The notes under the pieces: model-generated
Seen by the model: the letters and a program-made list of their open reading frames with translations, nothing else
Told to the model about the DNA's origin: nothing
Database searches by the model: none
Part shown: positions 39,862 to 53,657 of the stretch, piece after piece
How the letters are laid out: each line of letters opens with the position of its first letter
Position numbering within the stretch: the stretch's first letter is position 1
Position numbers and translations under genes: made by a program
Origin: Amoebidium appalachense
Taxonomy: Eukaryota; Protista; Ichthyosporea
Length of the DNA stretch: 64,000 bases
Direction: 5' to 3'
Assembly: GCA_963693365.1 (NCBI GenBank)
Contig: CAVNZM010000009.1
Coordinates: 8,847,408 to 8,911,407, forward strand

Positions 39862-42800
39862 ATGGGTCACACGGTGATCCTTGCAACATGCTCGCTCAAC
39901 CAGTGGGCCTTGGACTTTCAAGGCAACCTGGAACGCATCCTAAAAAGTGAGTGTCAAAAACTTGGCCGTAGCTTCATTTTTCGTGAGGCTTGAAATATAT
40001 ACAGAGTGTATAAGGAAAGTTAATAGGGCGGCATTTTGTGTGTGTGTACGGAGGAGGGGATCTGGGGGAAGAGGGGGGGAGCTGGGGGGGGGAGGGGGCA
40101 AGATAACGCACATCACTCGTCGACCAGAGTGAGTGAAGTTGGGAGAGGGAAGGAGAAAAAACAAAAGGAGCAAATATTTTTAAGTCGAAGTGTGGGGCGG
40201 CGAAGCATTTATAAGCGCCTGCAGTGCTTCTCAGCTTTTACCATGAGTTGCTCATGGCTTACAAAACCGGTCACTACATCGCTACCATGACCTGATGTTC
40301 TAGTTCTAACAAATGAGTAATGGTCACCCTTGTTTTGCATCTAGTGTGCTAATCTATCAATCCACAGGTATTGCTGTTGCCAGAGAGAAAGGAGCCAAGT
40401 ATAGACTGGGGCCTGAACTCGAAATCAGGTAAGAATGCCCCATCTCATTGCCCCAGCTGCCACGGGCTAACCAAGGTAACAAGATTAGCTTATATGACTC
40501 AAAAACCCTTGCTTCAACTAGGTTTTACACTTTCGGCGTTATGACGCGTTAGGCACGCCTTTTTTGAACCATTGCCTTTTCTTCAACTTGTCAATGTCAA
40601 GAAATTCTCCAGATGCCTCCTTGTTTCTCGCTTGTTTCTGGTTATGCCCCCATTCAATTTTTTAATTTTTTTTTCCCCAGTGGCTATGGCTGCAACGACC
40701 ACTTTCTGGAGGGGGACACATTCCTTCACTCTTGGCAGGTGCTTGGTGAGATTCTCAAGTCAGAGGCTGAAGCATCTACACCTATGATCTGCGACTTGGG
40801 AATGTGAGTGGTTTGATTTTGGAGATCTTTGGACGGACACTTGATTTCAGATTTTCACACATATCATGGATCTTGTGGTGCATCCCATGTAACCTCGTTG
40901 TGCTTGTGGTAGTACGGTTAATTTAGATATGTATTGGTGTTGGAAAGAAGATTGGTGGCATGCATGATCTAGCCAGGATGGTGGGTGGGTAGGGTGGGGT
41001 GGGGTGGGGTGGGGTGGGGTGGGGGGGGGGGGGCACACGATAGTGTAAGGACTTTAAAAAAAAAGGGAGGGGTTGTGAAAAATGGGTCAGGGGTCATAAT
41101 GAATGGGTGAATAACTGTGTGCCTAGGGGGGTTGTGGTCCTTTATCACTTGGAAAAAAAGGAGGTGGGGAGGGGGGGGGGGAAGGGGGGAGGGAGGGAGG
41201 GGATGAGGTGAAAATCAGGGTACTATGAGGAACCGGAAAATCGATAGTTGTAAAGCCAAACGGCAAGCACATTTGCTTTTATATACCCTCCCCCCCCCCC
41301 CCCCCCCACCCCCACCCCCCCCCCCCAAAAAAAAAACAACAAAAAAAAAAACAACAAAAAAAAAAACAACATCCCCCCCCCCCACTCACACACACACACA
41401 CGGTGGGGGAGGAGCAGCCCTGGAAGCTTGGGCGATGCCAGCACAACAACCCCCCCTCCACCATCTCTCCCCCCATCCCCCCCCCCCCCCCCCCCTCCCC
41501 TCCCCCCCCCCCCCCCCGCCTCCCCCTGCCCTGCCCCGCCTAACGCCGAACACTAGTTCCAGTCCGTTGCTTTCATTTCTGTTCTTTAATCGTTCCCCTG
41601 GCTCTTCTCTGCTTCTTTTCTCTCACTACTTCCTCCCCCCCCCCTCCCCCCGGGGGTGGCTCATCCGCCACCCCGTCCCTGCTGGGCTAGCCCAAGCATA
41701 GCAACACACATATCTTTCTCTGTGCAGTAGTACCTGTAGTGTACTTACCCTAGTTTCTGCCCTTGATTTTGTACATTTTCCATCCAACATCACCATCCCT
41801 ACCACTATTTCTCTTCCCATCCCCCCTCCCCCTTGCAGCTACCTCCGTTCAGCCCCCCCCCTCCCCCCCCCCCCCCCCACCGATCCCTGTGCCCGTTCCT
41901 CATTCCCTCTTCCTTCATCCCCTTGACCCCCTGCCTCTACCCTTCCCCAGCTCCCCCCCCCCCCCCCCCCCCCCCGCCCCTCCGTTCTCCTCTACACCCA
42001 CCCACTTACACACAAGCAAACATATGACCCTCCCCCCCCCCCTCCCTCCCCCCACCCCACCCCACCCCCTGCCACTCCTTCCCCCCCCCCCCGCCCACCT
42101 CTCCCCCCCCTCCCTCCCCCTCCCCCTCCCCCCCCCCCCTCCCCCCTCCCCCCCCCCCCCCGGCCCCTCCTCCCCTTTTTCTCCACAGGCCCGTGCAACA
42201 CAAAGGGGTGCGCTACAACTGCCGTGTGCTCATACAGGGGGGCAAGATCCTACTGATAAGGCCGAAGCTGCACCTGGCCATGGATGGCAACTACAGGGAG
42301 GGCAGATGGTTCACCCCCTGGCTCAAGCAGAGGTGTGCATACATACTCTATCCTCCCCCCCCCCCCCCCCCCCCCCCCAACCCCCCACCCGTGGATCAAG
42401 CAGAGGTGTGACGTGCACACGTACTGCATTGTGCCTATTAGCAGCCTCGGTTTGTAGGTTTAGGGTTGCACACCCCCCCCCTCTCTCTATCTCCCCTTTC
42501 CCACTCTTCCCCCACCTTCCACCTCTTGCCCCCTTGGCATTAGCTCTCCCCGTTTCCAGCCCTCTTTCCCTCCCTCCATCTTCCTAAACCGCTACCCCCC
42601 CCCCCCCACCACCACCACCACACACACACACATAATACCATGCCCCCCTCCCCCCCCCCCCCCCCCCCCCCTTCCCCCTGCGCTCGACTTCCACACCTCC
42701 CTTTCTTCTGCCGCGCCACATGTGGGGAGTACGTGTGTGTGTGTGTGTGGGTGGGTGGGTGGGTGGGTGGGTGGGTGTGCATGTGTGGGTGCGTGTGTTA

Positions 42801-42990
42801 CTAGGAAAAGGGGTTGCGGGTGAGTGGTGGTGGTAGTGTGTGTGATAGTATGTGTGTATGTGTGTGTGTGTGTGTTGGGGGGGGGGGGAGGGGGGGGGGG
42901 GGAGATAATAACTTTGACCTACCTCCCTGCAGACACACCGAAGATCATTACCTTCCACGCATCATTCAAACCATTACCGGACAGGTACAA

Positions 42991-43033
<43 letters not shown>

Positions 43034-43852
43034 ACACACACACACCCCTTTCATACGCCTCCCCACCCTCCTCCCCGTCTATTTATCGTGACAGACACAC
43101 AAGCACTTCCACACACGTTACACTCACGCTGTCACCATGCGCGCCCACACACATATTCATGGGTGCGCGCACACACATCTTCTCCCCCCCCCCCCCCCCC
43201 AACCACCACCACCACCACAAACCCCCCCCCCCCCCCCCCCTCTCCCACTGCACACACGCACACCACACAAACACACGTTCGGCAACACAGCCAAACAACA
43301 CAACCGCAAGAATAGTGCTCTCTCCGGTCCGAAAAATACCCCCCCCGCCCCTCCCCCCCCCCCCCCCCCCCCCGGGCCGGCCCTCTTCCTTCCCCCCTAC
43401 CACCCACCAAAAAAAGAAAAAGAAAAGAAAAAAAAGATACAATATCAGTGCTACTAAAAGTTTCTCGACACATCTCGACAAACGACAAAACATCACAACA
43501 TGTTTCTTCCTAACCCGAACCACACCCATACCCCTTCCATCTTCAGGAGTTTGTTCCTTTTGGTGATGCCGTCATCAGCACACCAGACACGTGCCTAGGC
43601 AGTGAGACTTGTGAGGAGCTATTTACTCCTGACAGGTTGGTTTATTCCCCCCCCCCCCCCCTTCTTCCTCCACTCGCCCTCTCCCCTTCCCCCCGCCTCC
43701 CCCCCCCCCCACCCAAAAAAAAAATAAAAAAATATTTACTTCACACCTAACGAATGATGCACACACTGTAGTCTTTTTGACGCGCTTTTTTGGGTGGTCT
43801 GCATGGTGTGGTCCGTTGAGTATGTGCGCATATACTCTGAGACACATTCCAG

Positions 43853-43888
<36 letters not shown>

Positions 43889-44015
43889 ACACACACACAC
43901 AATTTAACTCCCACCACCACCAACTCTCACCTATGAGCCGTCCTTCCTCGACGCTCCCCCCTGCCCCCCCCCCCCTCCCCATTGAGTGACTCCCCCCTCT
44001 CCTGCCCACCTCCCC

Positions 44016-44052
<37 letters not shown>

Positions 44053-44159
44053 AGTCTGTCTTATGCACCAACACAATATATAACAAGCAATACCGCAACA
44101 GATCACAGAAAGATTATCCCACCGATTAATAGTAGGTCTATCTATTGAACACCCCCCCT

Positions 44160-44208
<49 letters not shown>

Positions 44209-44955
44209 AAAAAAAAAAAAAAAGAAAAGAAAAAAAAAAGCACTTAATTACAGAACATTGGAGACTTAACAAGCCCGTGATTATCAGCAAAAGTCGGTTT
44301 TTTGCATATATTTTGCGAAGATCCTGCTCACGAAAAACCCTTAAACCTGTGCAATTTGAACTCAAACAATCGACTCCCCCCCCCCCCTCCCCCCGCCCCC
44401 TCCCCCCTCAGTGCTCTTTGATGTAGCATGAGGTGGATGCAACTAGAAGTTTCCGAGGTCACTGAAGTTCGCAACCCACTTTTCCCAAGCAATTATTAAC
44501 ACCTGTTCCAGGTATATTCTCAAAGTGTATTTTCACAATCACATTATTGAGCCCCCCTTCCCCCAGCCCTCACATAGCCATGGGGCTCGATGGGGTTGAA
44601 ATTTTCACCAATGGCAGCGGGAGCCACCACGAACTACGAAAGCTCCACACACGAGTGGACCTAATTGTGTCTGCAACCTCAAAGGTTAGACCCCCCCCCC
44701 CCCCCCCCCCCCCCCCCCCTGCACCAAAGGATCGTTGGCATGCACAATTTAGACCCCCCCCCCCCCCCCCCCCCCCCCTTTCCTCCAACTTCGAATACCG
44801 CACCACCCAACGTAAATCCCAGGCCTCCCCCTCCCTGCCCCACTCGCCGCTGATGCTTTTATGTGTATTGAATGTCAGTGCCTGCTGTGCATAAAAAACT
44901 TTGTGTTGTTCGTCGTGGATGTGTACTTCGTGCTCTGCTCTGTAACTCCTCATTT

Positions 44956-44993
<38 letters not shown>

Positions 44994-45036
44994 CCCACCC
45001 CCCCCTCCCACCCCCCCCCCCCCTCCCCCCGTCCCC

Positions 45037-45131
<95 letters not shown>

Positions 45132-45847
45132 TGCACACACACACACAATCTGGGTGTAGGCTCCTTGAACAGTCAACATCATGTCGATTCTGTAAAGGGT
45201 TGGGGTTGGGGGAAAGAATGGATAGATTTATGGAGGTAGATTATCAGATCGTGTTAGTGCACGTGAGAAATATGCCTCGGAAATGCAAGTTTGGAAGAGC
45301 ATGCAAATTACAAGAGAGGAGACGAATCGATATTGGTTGAAGCTCAGGCTTTGCATTCCACAGGTTCACGTGTTTTTGTTTTTGTTTTTTCCCCTCGGGA
45401 AGGTGAAAAAAAAAAAAGAAGAAGAAGAAGAAGAAGAAGAAGAAGCAAAAAAAAATAAAAAAAAAATAAAAAAAAATCCTGAAGGGAAAACAGGAAATGA
45501 AAACACCTGAACCTGTCTAATTGATTAGACTTGGTGCGTTTCTGGCCAATCTTTTGGGTCAAGGTTTTGGCAGCTCATCGCAAACATCATCCGAATTGGT
45601 CTAGTGGTTAGGATTCCACGCTCTCACCGTGGCGGCCGGGGTTCGATCCCCCGATTCGGAGTGCTTTTTTTTTCTTTTTCTTTTTCTTTTTTTTTTCTCC
45701 CGTTGTTGCCACCTTTTTTTCATTTTCGTTGTCCTGCTCTCTCCCTTTTCTTCATATGTCAACAAAGTCAATTTTTAATTTTCAAAAGCTCTTTAAATAT
45801 ACAATTTTTGTTCCTTTCATTTCTCTAATACCTTTCAACCCAAACTA

Positions 45848-45900
<53 letters not shown>

Positions 45901-46324
45901 TCCCTCCCTTTTTTTTTTTTTTTTTTTTTTTGTTTGTTTGTTTGTTTAGTGTGTGATCGGATGGGGCAGGCTGGCTGGCTGCCAGTGTGTGCACCCGTGT
46001 CACTTTACGTAATTTTCGTATTCACACGTGCTTGCAAAAACCTCTATATATCCCCTTGCCACGAGGTGCCTATTGTCATTCGCGCTTTCATTTGTGTGTA
46101 ACCACACATACAGTACACATGTATCACCAACACCATTCCCTCCTTGTTTCCTCTACTAATTTCTCTTCTTTTCTAGGTTGGGGGCATCTACATGTACAGT
46201 AACCTCAAAGGGTGTGACGGTGAGAGGGTCTACTACGATGGCTGTAGCATGATTGCCGTCAATGGAAAGGTCGTGGCTATGGGCTCCCAGTTCTCTTTAC
46301 AGGAAGTTGTATGTAGTCCTCCTT

Positions 46325-46359
<35 letters not shown>

Positions 46360-46474
46360 CCAACCACAACACACACACACCACCACCACCACAACTCCAC
46401 CCCCCACCCAACCCTATACACCCATTCCCTTGCTTCTGTGACCCCGTGCCTCTTTTTCTTCCTTCCTTATTCAT

Positions 46475-46532
<58 letters not shown>

Positions 46533-47499
46533 TAAAGAGACGTGTGTGTGCGTGCACGCACACCCACACCAACATTAAGCATGTCATGCACGCACACATC
46601 TATGCTACGCTCTGAGTAGAACATACAGAAACTGTAAACACGAACATGTTCATCAACAAAACCCCACTTTCTTCTCTTGCATCCCATAACTTGCATGGAT
46701 GTTGCACTGATGCTAGTAATAGTAGCACTAATGATACTTGTGTGTGCTACGGGAAGGGGGGTTTGTTATTGTTAATGTTACGATTATTCTTAGTAACACA
46801 TCCTGAAAGCAATAAAATACTTCTAGTAATGATGATGTTAAGAACGATAAGAATGATAGTAATTTTAACCTGTTCAGATCCGTAATTTCCTCGAGATAGA
46901 CATCGATTTAGCCGGCACCGACATCAGCAAGTTTGTGCCAAATAGAAGTTGCACAACAGTAAAAAATACACTTATCTTTCGTTTTATGCAATAAAAATAG
47001 TGAATTGCATAATAATAACGATGTCTTGTATATGGTGCAACTACGAAGGGTGCTTGCCGGCTTAAGGCAATGCAAACTTGTGATGGGACCAACATGAAAT
47101 GGCAATCTATAATTGGTCGGTTCTGTCGACATTGATGTCAGACTCCAACTATTCTCCAAAATCTCGATGGCGGATCCAGAAACAGATACAAAAATATACG
47201 AAATAATGATATTTTGCCAAAACCAACTTAGAAACTTATGTAGGTAAGACACATACCTGTCGATATTTGCAATGTATTTGGTATTTTTATAGTGATCTTA
47301 AGCCGCAATAGAGTTGTTTAGGTCCCTACCAAGAGCCGGTAGAATCAATCAGTCCGGTCCTCTAGAGGTTAACAATAACGCAAACAAACACTAATGACTC
47401 CTTACTCACCCCTGCAGGAGGTAGTGACAGCCAGTGTTGATCTTGAGGCTGTGAGGGTCTATCGTGGTGCCCGAAGGAGCAGTGCCATGCAGGTTTGCG

Positions 47500-47535
<36 letters not shown>

Positions 47536-47542
47536 TTCCCCC

Positions 47543-47604
<62 letters not shown>

Positions 47605-48021
47605 CCCCCCCCCTCCCCCCTCCCCCCGTCATCTTCCCCCTACACTTTACACACACACGTACACACCAACATACATGCACATGTACATAGTCTCATCTAG
47701 ACAAAGAAGAATGGCATGCTAGTTCTTTCCATGTGATGATGTCATTTTTCTGCAAAATAGCTTTTACGAATGGATGATTTTTGGGCAATACAACCCCCCG
47801 CACGGTGAAATACAGAACATCTTAAGGAAGCACAAACGATAACAACCCCAACTTGCAATCAGTTTTAACCGTTAACCCTCTACAGGCCGCACTTGCCCCC
47901 TCCTACCAGCGCATTGGCTGCAATGTGTCGCTATCTCCCCACCCAGGCCTCTCAGCCCTGTCCCCACCCCCAACCCTCCCCATGAAGGTCCCGTACCTCA
48001 CCCCCGAGGAGGAGATCAGGT

Positions 48022-48054
<33 letters not shown>

Positions 48055-48084
48055 ACCACCACCACCACCACCACCACCACCACC

Positions 48085-48123
<39 letters not shown>

Positions 48124-48320
48124 CCAACCATCGCACCCACCCCATCCCCGCCCGACCATCAACAGCAGGAAGTTAAGTGAAAACATACACCTGCCCTCCT
48201 CCCCTTCAACCCCGGCCTTCAACCCCACCCACCCACCCTTTCCACCTTCAACTCATCAATATTCCTCACTCGGTGAAATTCCCGATAAAATACCCCCTTC
48301 TCTCCCGTCTCCTTCCCCCC

Positions 48321-48351
<31 letters not shown>

Positions 48352-49548
48352 AAAAAAAAAAAAACCCTCCACATAAACACACACACACACCACCCACAGA
48401 GCACCACTCCCAGCATTGACATAACCTCAACACACATTACAATATATGTTGGTAAGGCCCCACTCCGTCATGTAGGTCTTTCTCATACATGATATCTGTG
48501 GAGGTTGGGGGAGGGAGCGGGAGGGGGGGGGGGGGGGGGTCGATGCTGCAATACAGTGAAACCAAAAAGGGGGGTTCCAACAAGAAATTTACTAACGTAT
48601 ACCAATGCTAGTGAAGAGTCGTGTTCTTGCACAGGCAAAGTGGGGTACGGTCAAGAAGTTTTCGAACTTTATACCAATATCACTTATTCTTTTCTTGCAT
48701 AGTCAAAAGGGGGCACCACAAATAACTTTACGAAGTTTGAAACCATTATCACTCATTGTTTTCTTTTTACCCAGTCTTGGTCCTGCCTGCTGGCTATGGG
48801 ACTATCTACGGAGATCGGGCATGGGGGGTTTTTTCCTGCCGCTCAGTGGGGGGATCGATAGCAGCTCCACTGCATGTCTGGTGGCTTCTATGGCCAGGTT
48901 GGTCGTGGCTGCTGTGGCTACTGGTGGTATAGAAATCCCCCCCCCCCCCCCCCCCCCTTTTCCCTTCATAAGCCCTTTTCTTACTATTGGCCCCCCTCTA
49001 TATCCCTTCATAGGCCCCTTTCTTATAATAGGACCCCCCTCCCGCATTGAACCCCCTCGTGTGCCTGTCCCTTTTCACACTTCTTTACCTCTACGTTCTT
49101 TTCGTGCTGCCCGCTTGGTGGTAGACACCCCCCCCCCCCCCCCCCCCCCCCCTCCCCCTCCCTCCCCTCGCCTCACTTTTTAAACCTCCCATTAAAGAAC
49201 CTCCCCTCCCCTCCCCCCCCCCCTCCCCCCCCCCCAAATAGAACAACGAAACAGTTACAGTATCCGCATCGACTCGGTTTGGCCATAGGATTACAAATAC
49301 ATGTCAGATGGATTGATTTTGAACGAACCAGTACTTCGGATACGACATTTGCAGCACACATCTGAAAGATTTTGTTTTACATGCCTGTCTATCCACTATT
49401 GCTACTTCAACACCACAACACTCCCACTGGTGGCTATGGCCTAACACCATATCTCCACAGACCCACAGGCACTCAGTGATGTGCAGCGCATTACACGGGA
49501 CCCAACATACGTCCCAAAGGACCCCGACGAGCTCACAAAGTACCACTT

Positions 49549-49580
<32 letters not shown>

Positions 49581-49622
49581 CCAAACACACACACTCCTTC
49601 CAACCCATCACACCCCCCTTCC

Positions 49623-49655
<33 letters not shown>

Positions 49656-49821
49656 CTTCCAAACCATTACCCCCCTCCCCCCCCCAAAAAAAAATAAAAT
49701 AAATAAAATAAAAAAACGAGCACACACACACACACCACCCCTTCCAACCCCATCTCTCTTCCCTGCTAGCCTCCACACCCCCCCCCCCCCCCCCCCCTTT
49801 TCCTTTCCACACCACCACCAC

Positions 49822-49916
<95 letters not shown>

Positions 49917-51244
49917 CAATATAGATACTTTTTGCCTCATTTTTCTTCAGGTTTTCCCCAACTCAGCCATCGCTCTGCACTCGCACCACAGATTGAGACG
50001 GGCACCCTCACTTTTGGCTTTTCTCCAGGGGTGAAGTAGGAGGTGGAGGGGAGGGGGGGGAGGGGGGGGAAGGTAGGACTAATGAGAAAGGAGAAAGCTT
50101 ACGAGTTCATTAATCCGAATGATCGGGTGAGGCAGTGTTGAAGATTTTATTTAATGTTTTGGCACCAGTAGCTCTCATGTGAGTTCATACGATGTCCTGA
50201 TGCCAGTACTAATTAGGCCTGCCGCTAAACCGCCTATCTTGGTCTAAATTTACCATCCATTCCATTCTTTTCATGTGCCTTTTCTCATGAGTGGATACAC
50301 TGGACATAAGGGAGAATTTTCTCCGATTCGTTTTTAACAATGTGTATTTTCCTGTTGCTTGTTGTATGCTTCTAGCATCACTAACCCTTTTCTTTTTCTT
50401 TTTTTTTTCCCCTTCCCCCCCTCCCCCCCTGCAGTCGTATCTTTTACACATGCTACATGGGTACAGAAAACTCGAGCACCGAAACAAGAAAGAGATCTGC
50501 GGGCTTGGCCAACCAGATAGGCAGGTGAGAAACTGAGCATGGGCTGAGAAGAGATAACGGCTCCGGCAGACAACCAACCCCCTCTCATGATATCTTAGCA
50601 GTTTATGATTGACTGTAAGCAATATGTCCTATGTATTGTACAGGATATCCTATTAAGGAGACTTGGGGGATGGATTTTCGCTTAAAATCGGGGGGGATCC
50701 AATCGATCAGATCGATCAAATTCAAGCCTGCGGTAGACTGAAATTGTCGGATTTGGGGCTTTAATCTCAAACTGGTCAGATTTTCAACGGTAATTTCTCA
50801 AAGAATTAGCGCAGAAACCGGGGGAGAAAATGAAATTTCAATCATAAAGTGGGGGTTAATTAGTTATGTTGGAAAGGTGTCAACCTTTGAAAAAATCAAT
50901 TTCTACCCCTTCTATAATTGCTTACGCTAAGAAGTGCAGAACGGGAAAACTTGATTTTTCCAAGGGGTGCCACCCTTCCAAAATAACTAATTACCCCCCA
51001 CTTCATAATTGAAATTTTATTTTCTTCCCCGGTTTCTTTCTTTTCTTCCCCGGTTTCTGCGCTAATTCTCTCACAATCGACACGGGGTTTATATTGAAAG
51101 TTGAACTTTCGGATTTTTGGCCTCGATTGACCAGCTGGATCAATTATGGAATTTGGTCGATCTCGATCTGATGCGCACCCCCAATTTTTATTTAAAATCC
51201 ATCCCCCCAAGTTTCCTTAAGTACCTGCATTCTCGCGGAGGGGA

Positions 51245-51277
<33 letters not shown>

Positions 51278-52214
51278 AGCCGTGCGTTCTTTCTCCCATC
51301 TCTTCTTGTCCGTGGTGTAACCCCAATGTGTGAATACTGGCCGAGAGATTTGGTATACCACAAAGTTTACCAACATAGCATCCACAGCCGTAAACAATAT
51401 TTGCTTTATGTCTATGACAAACGCGATAACGAATTGTTGAACGCGCGGGCCCACGGGACGTTTCCTTCATAAAAACAAGTAGGAGAAGCTAGTAATGGAT
51501 AGGGACATTGGGGTGTCTAAAGTTCGATATATTGCATGCATTTGCTTTATTTACATTAACATACCACATCTGTGCCTGGCATCGGGTTATGGAGAGCAAC
51601 TTGGTTTACGTGTTGCACTCATGTCTGCCTATGCTAGAAACATGCAACATCCCTACCTTTTTACTGTATTTCTTCCTCTTCTCTTCCTTACAACATTTCC
51701 TTCGCCCTTTTTACCCATCTATTTCATCGTCCCCCCCCCCCCCCCCCCCCCCCTTTTTCCCTTCTCCCCAATGTGCCCCTCCTTCTCTCCCCTTCCCCCT
51801 TTCCCAACCCATCTCCAATATTTCCTCTCCCCCCTCCCCCCCCCCCCCCCCCACCCCAATATCCTCCCGGCCTCTGCCCCCTTCCTTTTACCGTTTCCTT
51901 TCTCGTTTTTCTCCTGTCCACTTCCTCTTTTCCATCTCATTACAATTTTGTTTTTATTACATTCTCTACATTCTCACTTTCCTTACACGTCCCCAATCCC
52001 CCCCTCCCCTCCCCTCCCCCCTTGCTCCACCACCACTACCCATAATGTGCTCTCTTTAAGATGCATGCTTTGTGTATAAATGCTTTGATGAAATATGCAT
52101 TGTGTTGTTTGTCGAAACCATGTACTTGTGCTCACAAACACATTCAACCCCCCTCCCCCCCATCCTCCTTCCCTCCCTCCCCCCTTCTTCCCCTCCCCCC
52201 CCCCCCCCCTCTCC

Positions 52215-52261
<47 letters not shown>

Positions 52262-52344
52262 AAAAAAAGAAAAAAAGAAAAAAAACAGCGACCACCTGGA
52301 CATCAACATCGACCAAGCTGTGGCTTCACTTATAGCCGTGTTTA

Positions 52345-52378
<34 letters not shown>

Positions 52379-53625
52379 CTACCACCTGGACATCAACATT
52401 GACCAGGCTGTTGCTGCACTTGTGGCCGTGTTTGTTGCATTTACCGGCAAGACCCCAAAATTCCGCGCTCACGGGGGAACCAATGCAGAGAACCTGGCAC
52501 TGCAGAACATACAGGTGTGGGGGGGGGGCGGGGGGAGGGGGGGAGGGGGGAGGTTTGTGTCTGACGGGGGAGAGGGGTGGTGGTGGTGGTGGTGGTGTGT
52601 GGGGGGGGGGGGGGGGGGGGGATGGGGGGTTGCATGTGCAAACGGGATGGGGTGGGGTGTGTCCGTGTGTGTGGGCGCGTGGAAAGGGGACGGGGCGGCT
52701 CTTTGCGCACGGGAGAGAGAGAGTGTGTGTGTGTGGGGGGGGGGGGGGGGGGGGAGGGGGGGGGGGAGGGGGAGATATGGGTCACATGTGTTTTTGCTAA
52801 AGTGAGGGTCTACAGGGGAAAATGCTTGGGGGAATGTTCGGGCAGGGAGGAAGGAGGGGGCTGGGGGGTTCATATACTGATGATCCTTTTGAAACTCACG
52901 GGAATAGCTCCCGTTCCTTTTTCTCCCTCCTTCACCTTCCCACCCTTCACCTACCATTTTCAACACTCCCTTTGAACCATGCATAAACAATTGCTCATGA
53001 TTCAACACTAACATGCGTACCTAACCATCTACCCACCCATCCATTTAACTTTTCCATCACCTTCTGCACCAAAAAAAAACTATCAAAAACATGACCACAC
53101 ACCAACATGCATAAATAACAAAATCATTACCACACACCATCATGCATGTCTTAGAGAAAAATGTTATGACCCCACACCAACATGCGTGCCTTTAGGGAAA
53201 AAGTTTTCTGAGCACGCACTAACATGCACTCTGTGTGTTGTAGGCCCGTCTGCGCATGGTGTTTGCCTACATGTTTGCACTGCTACTGCCTTGGGTGAGA
53301 GGAAAGGAGGGTTCACTACTGGTGCTGGGTTCAGCAAACGTCGATGAGAGGTATGTGGTATCAGCATACTACAAACACATACACACACCCCCACCTAACA
53401 CAAGCACTCATGGTGGCAAAATATACCTGCATACGCATTCGCGGATTCGTGCCCCGATTTATCCTCCTAGATGCCCCCCCCCCCCCCCCCCCCCCCCCCC
53501 CGTCCCGCCCCCCAGGACACACCCATCTACACGCACATACACACGCAAGTGGACGAACACACGCCCACACACACACACACGAACACACACATACGCACAC
53601 ACACGCACACACAGTTGAGGGACAT

Positions 53626-53657
<32 letters not shown>

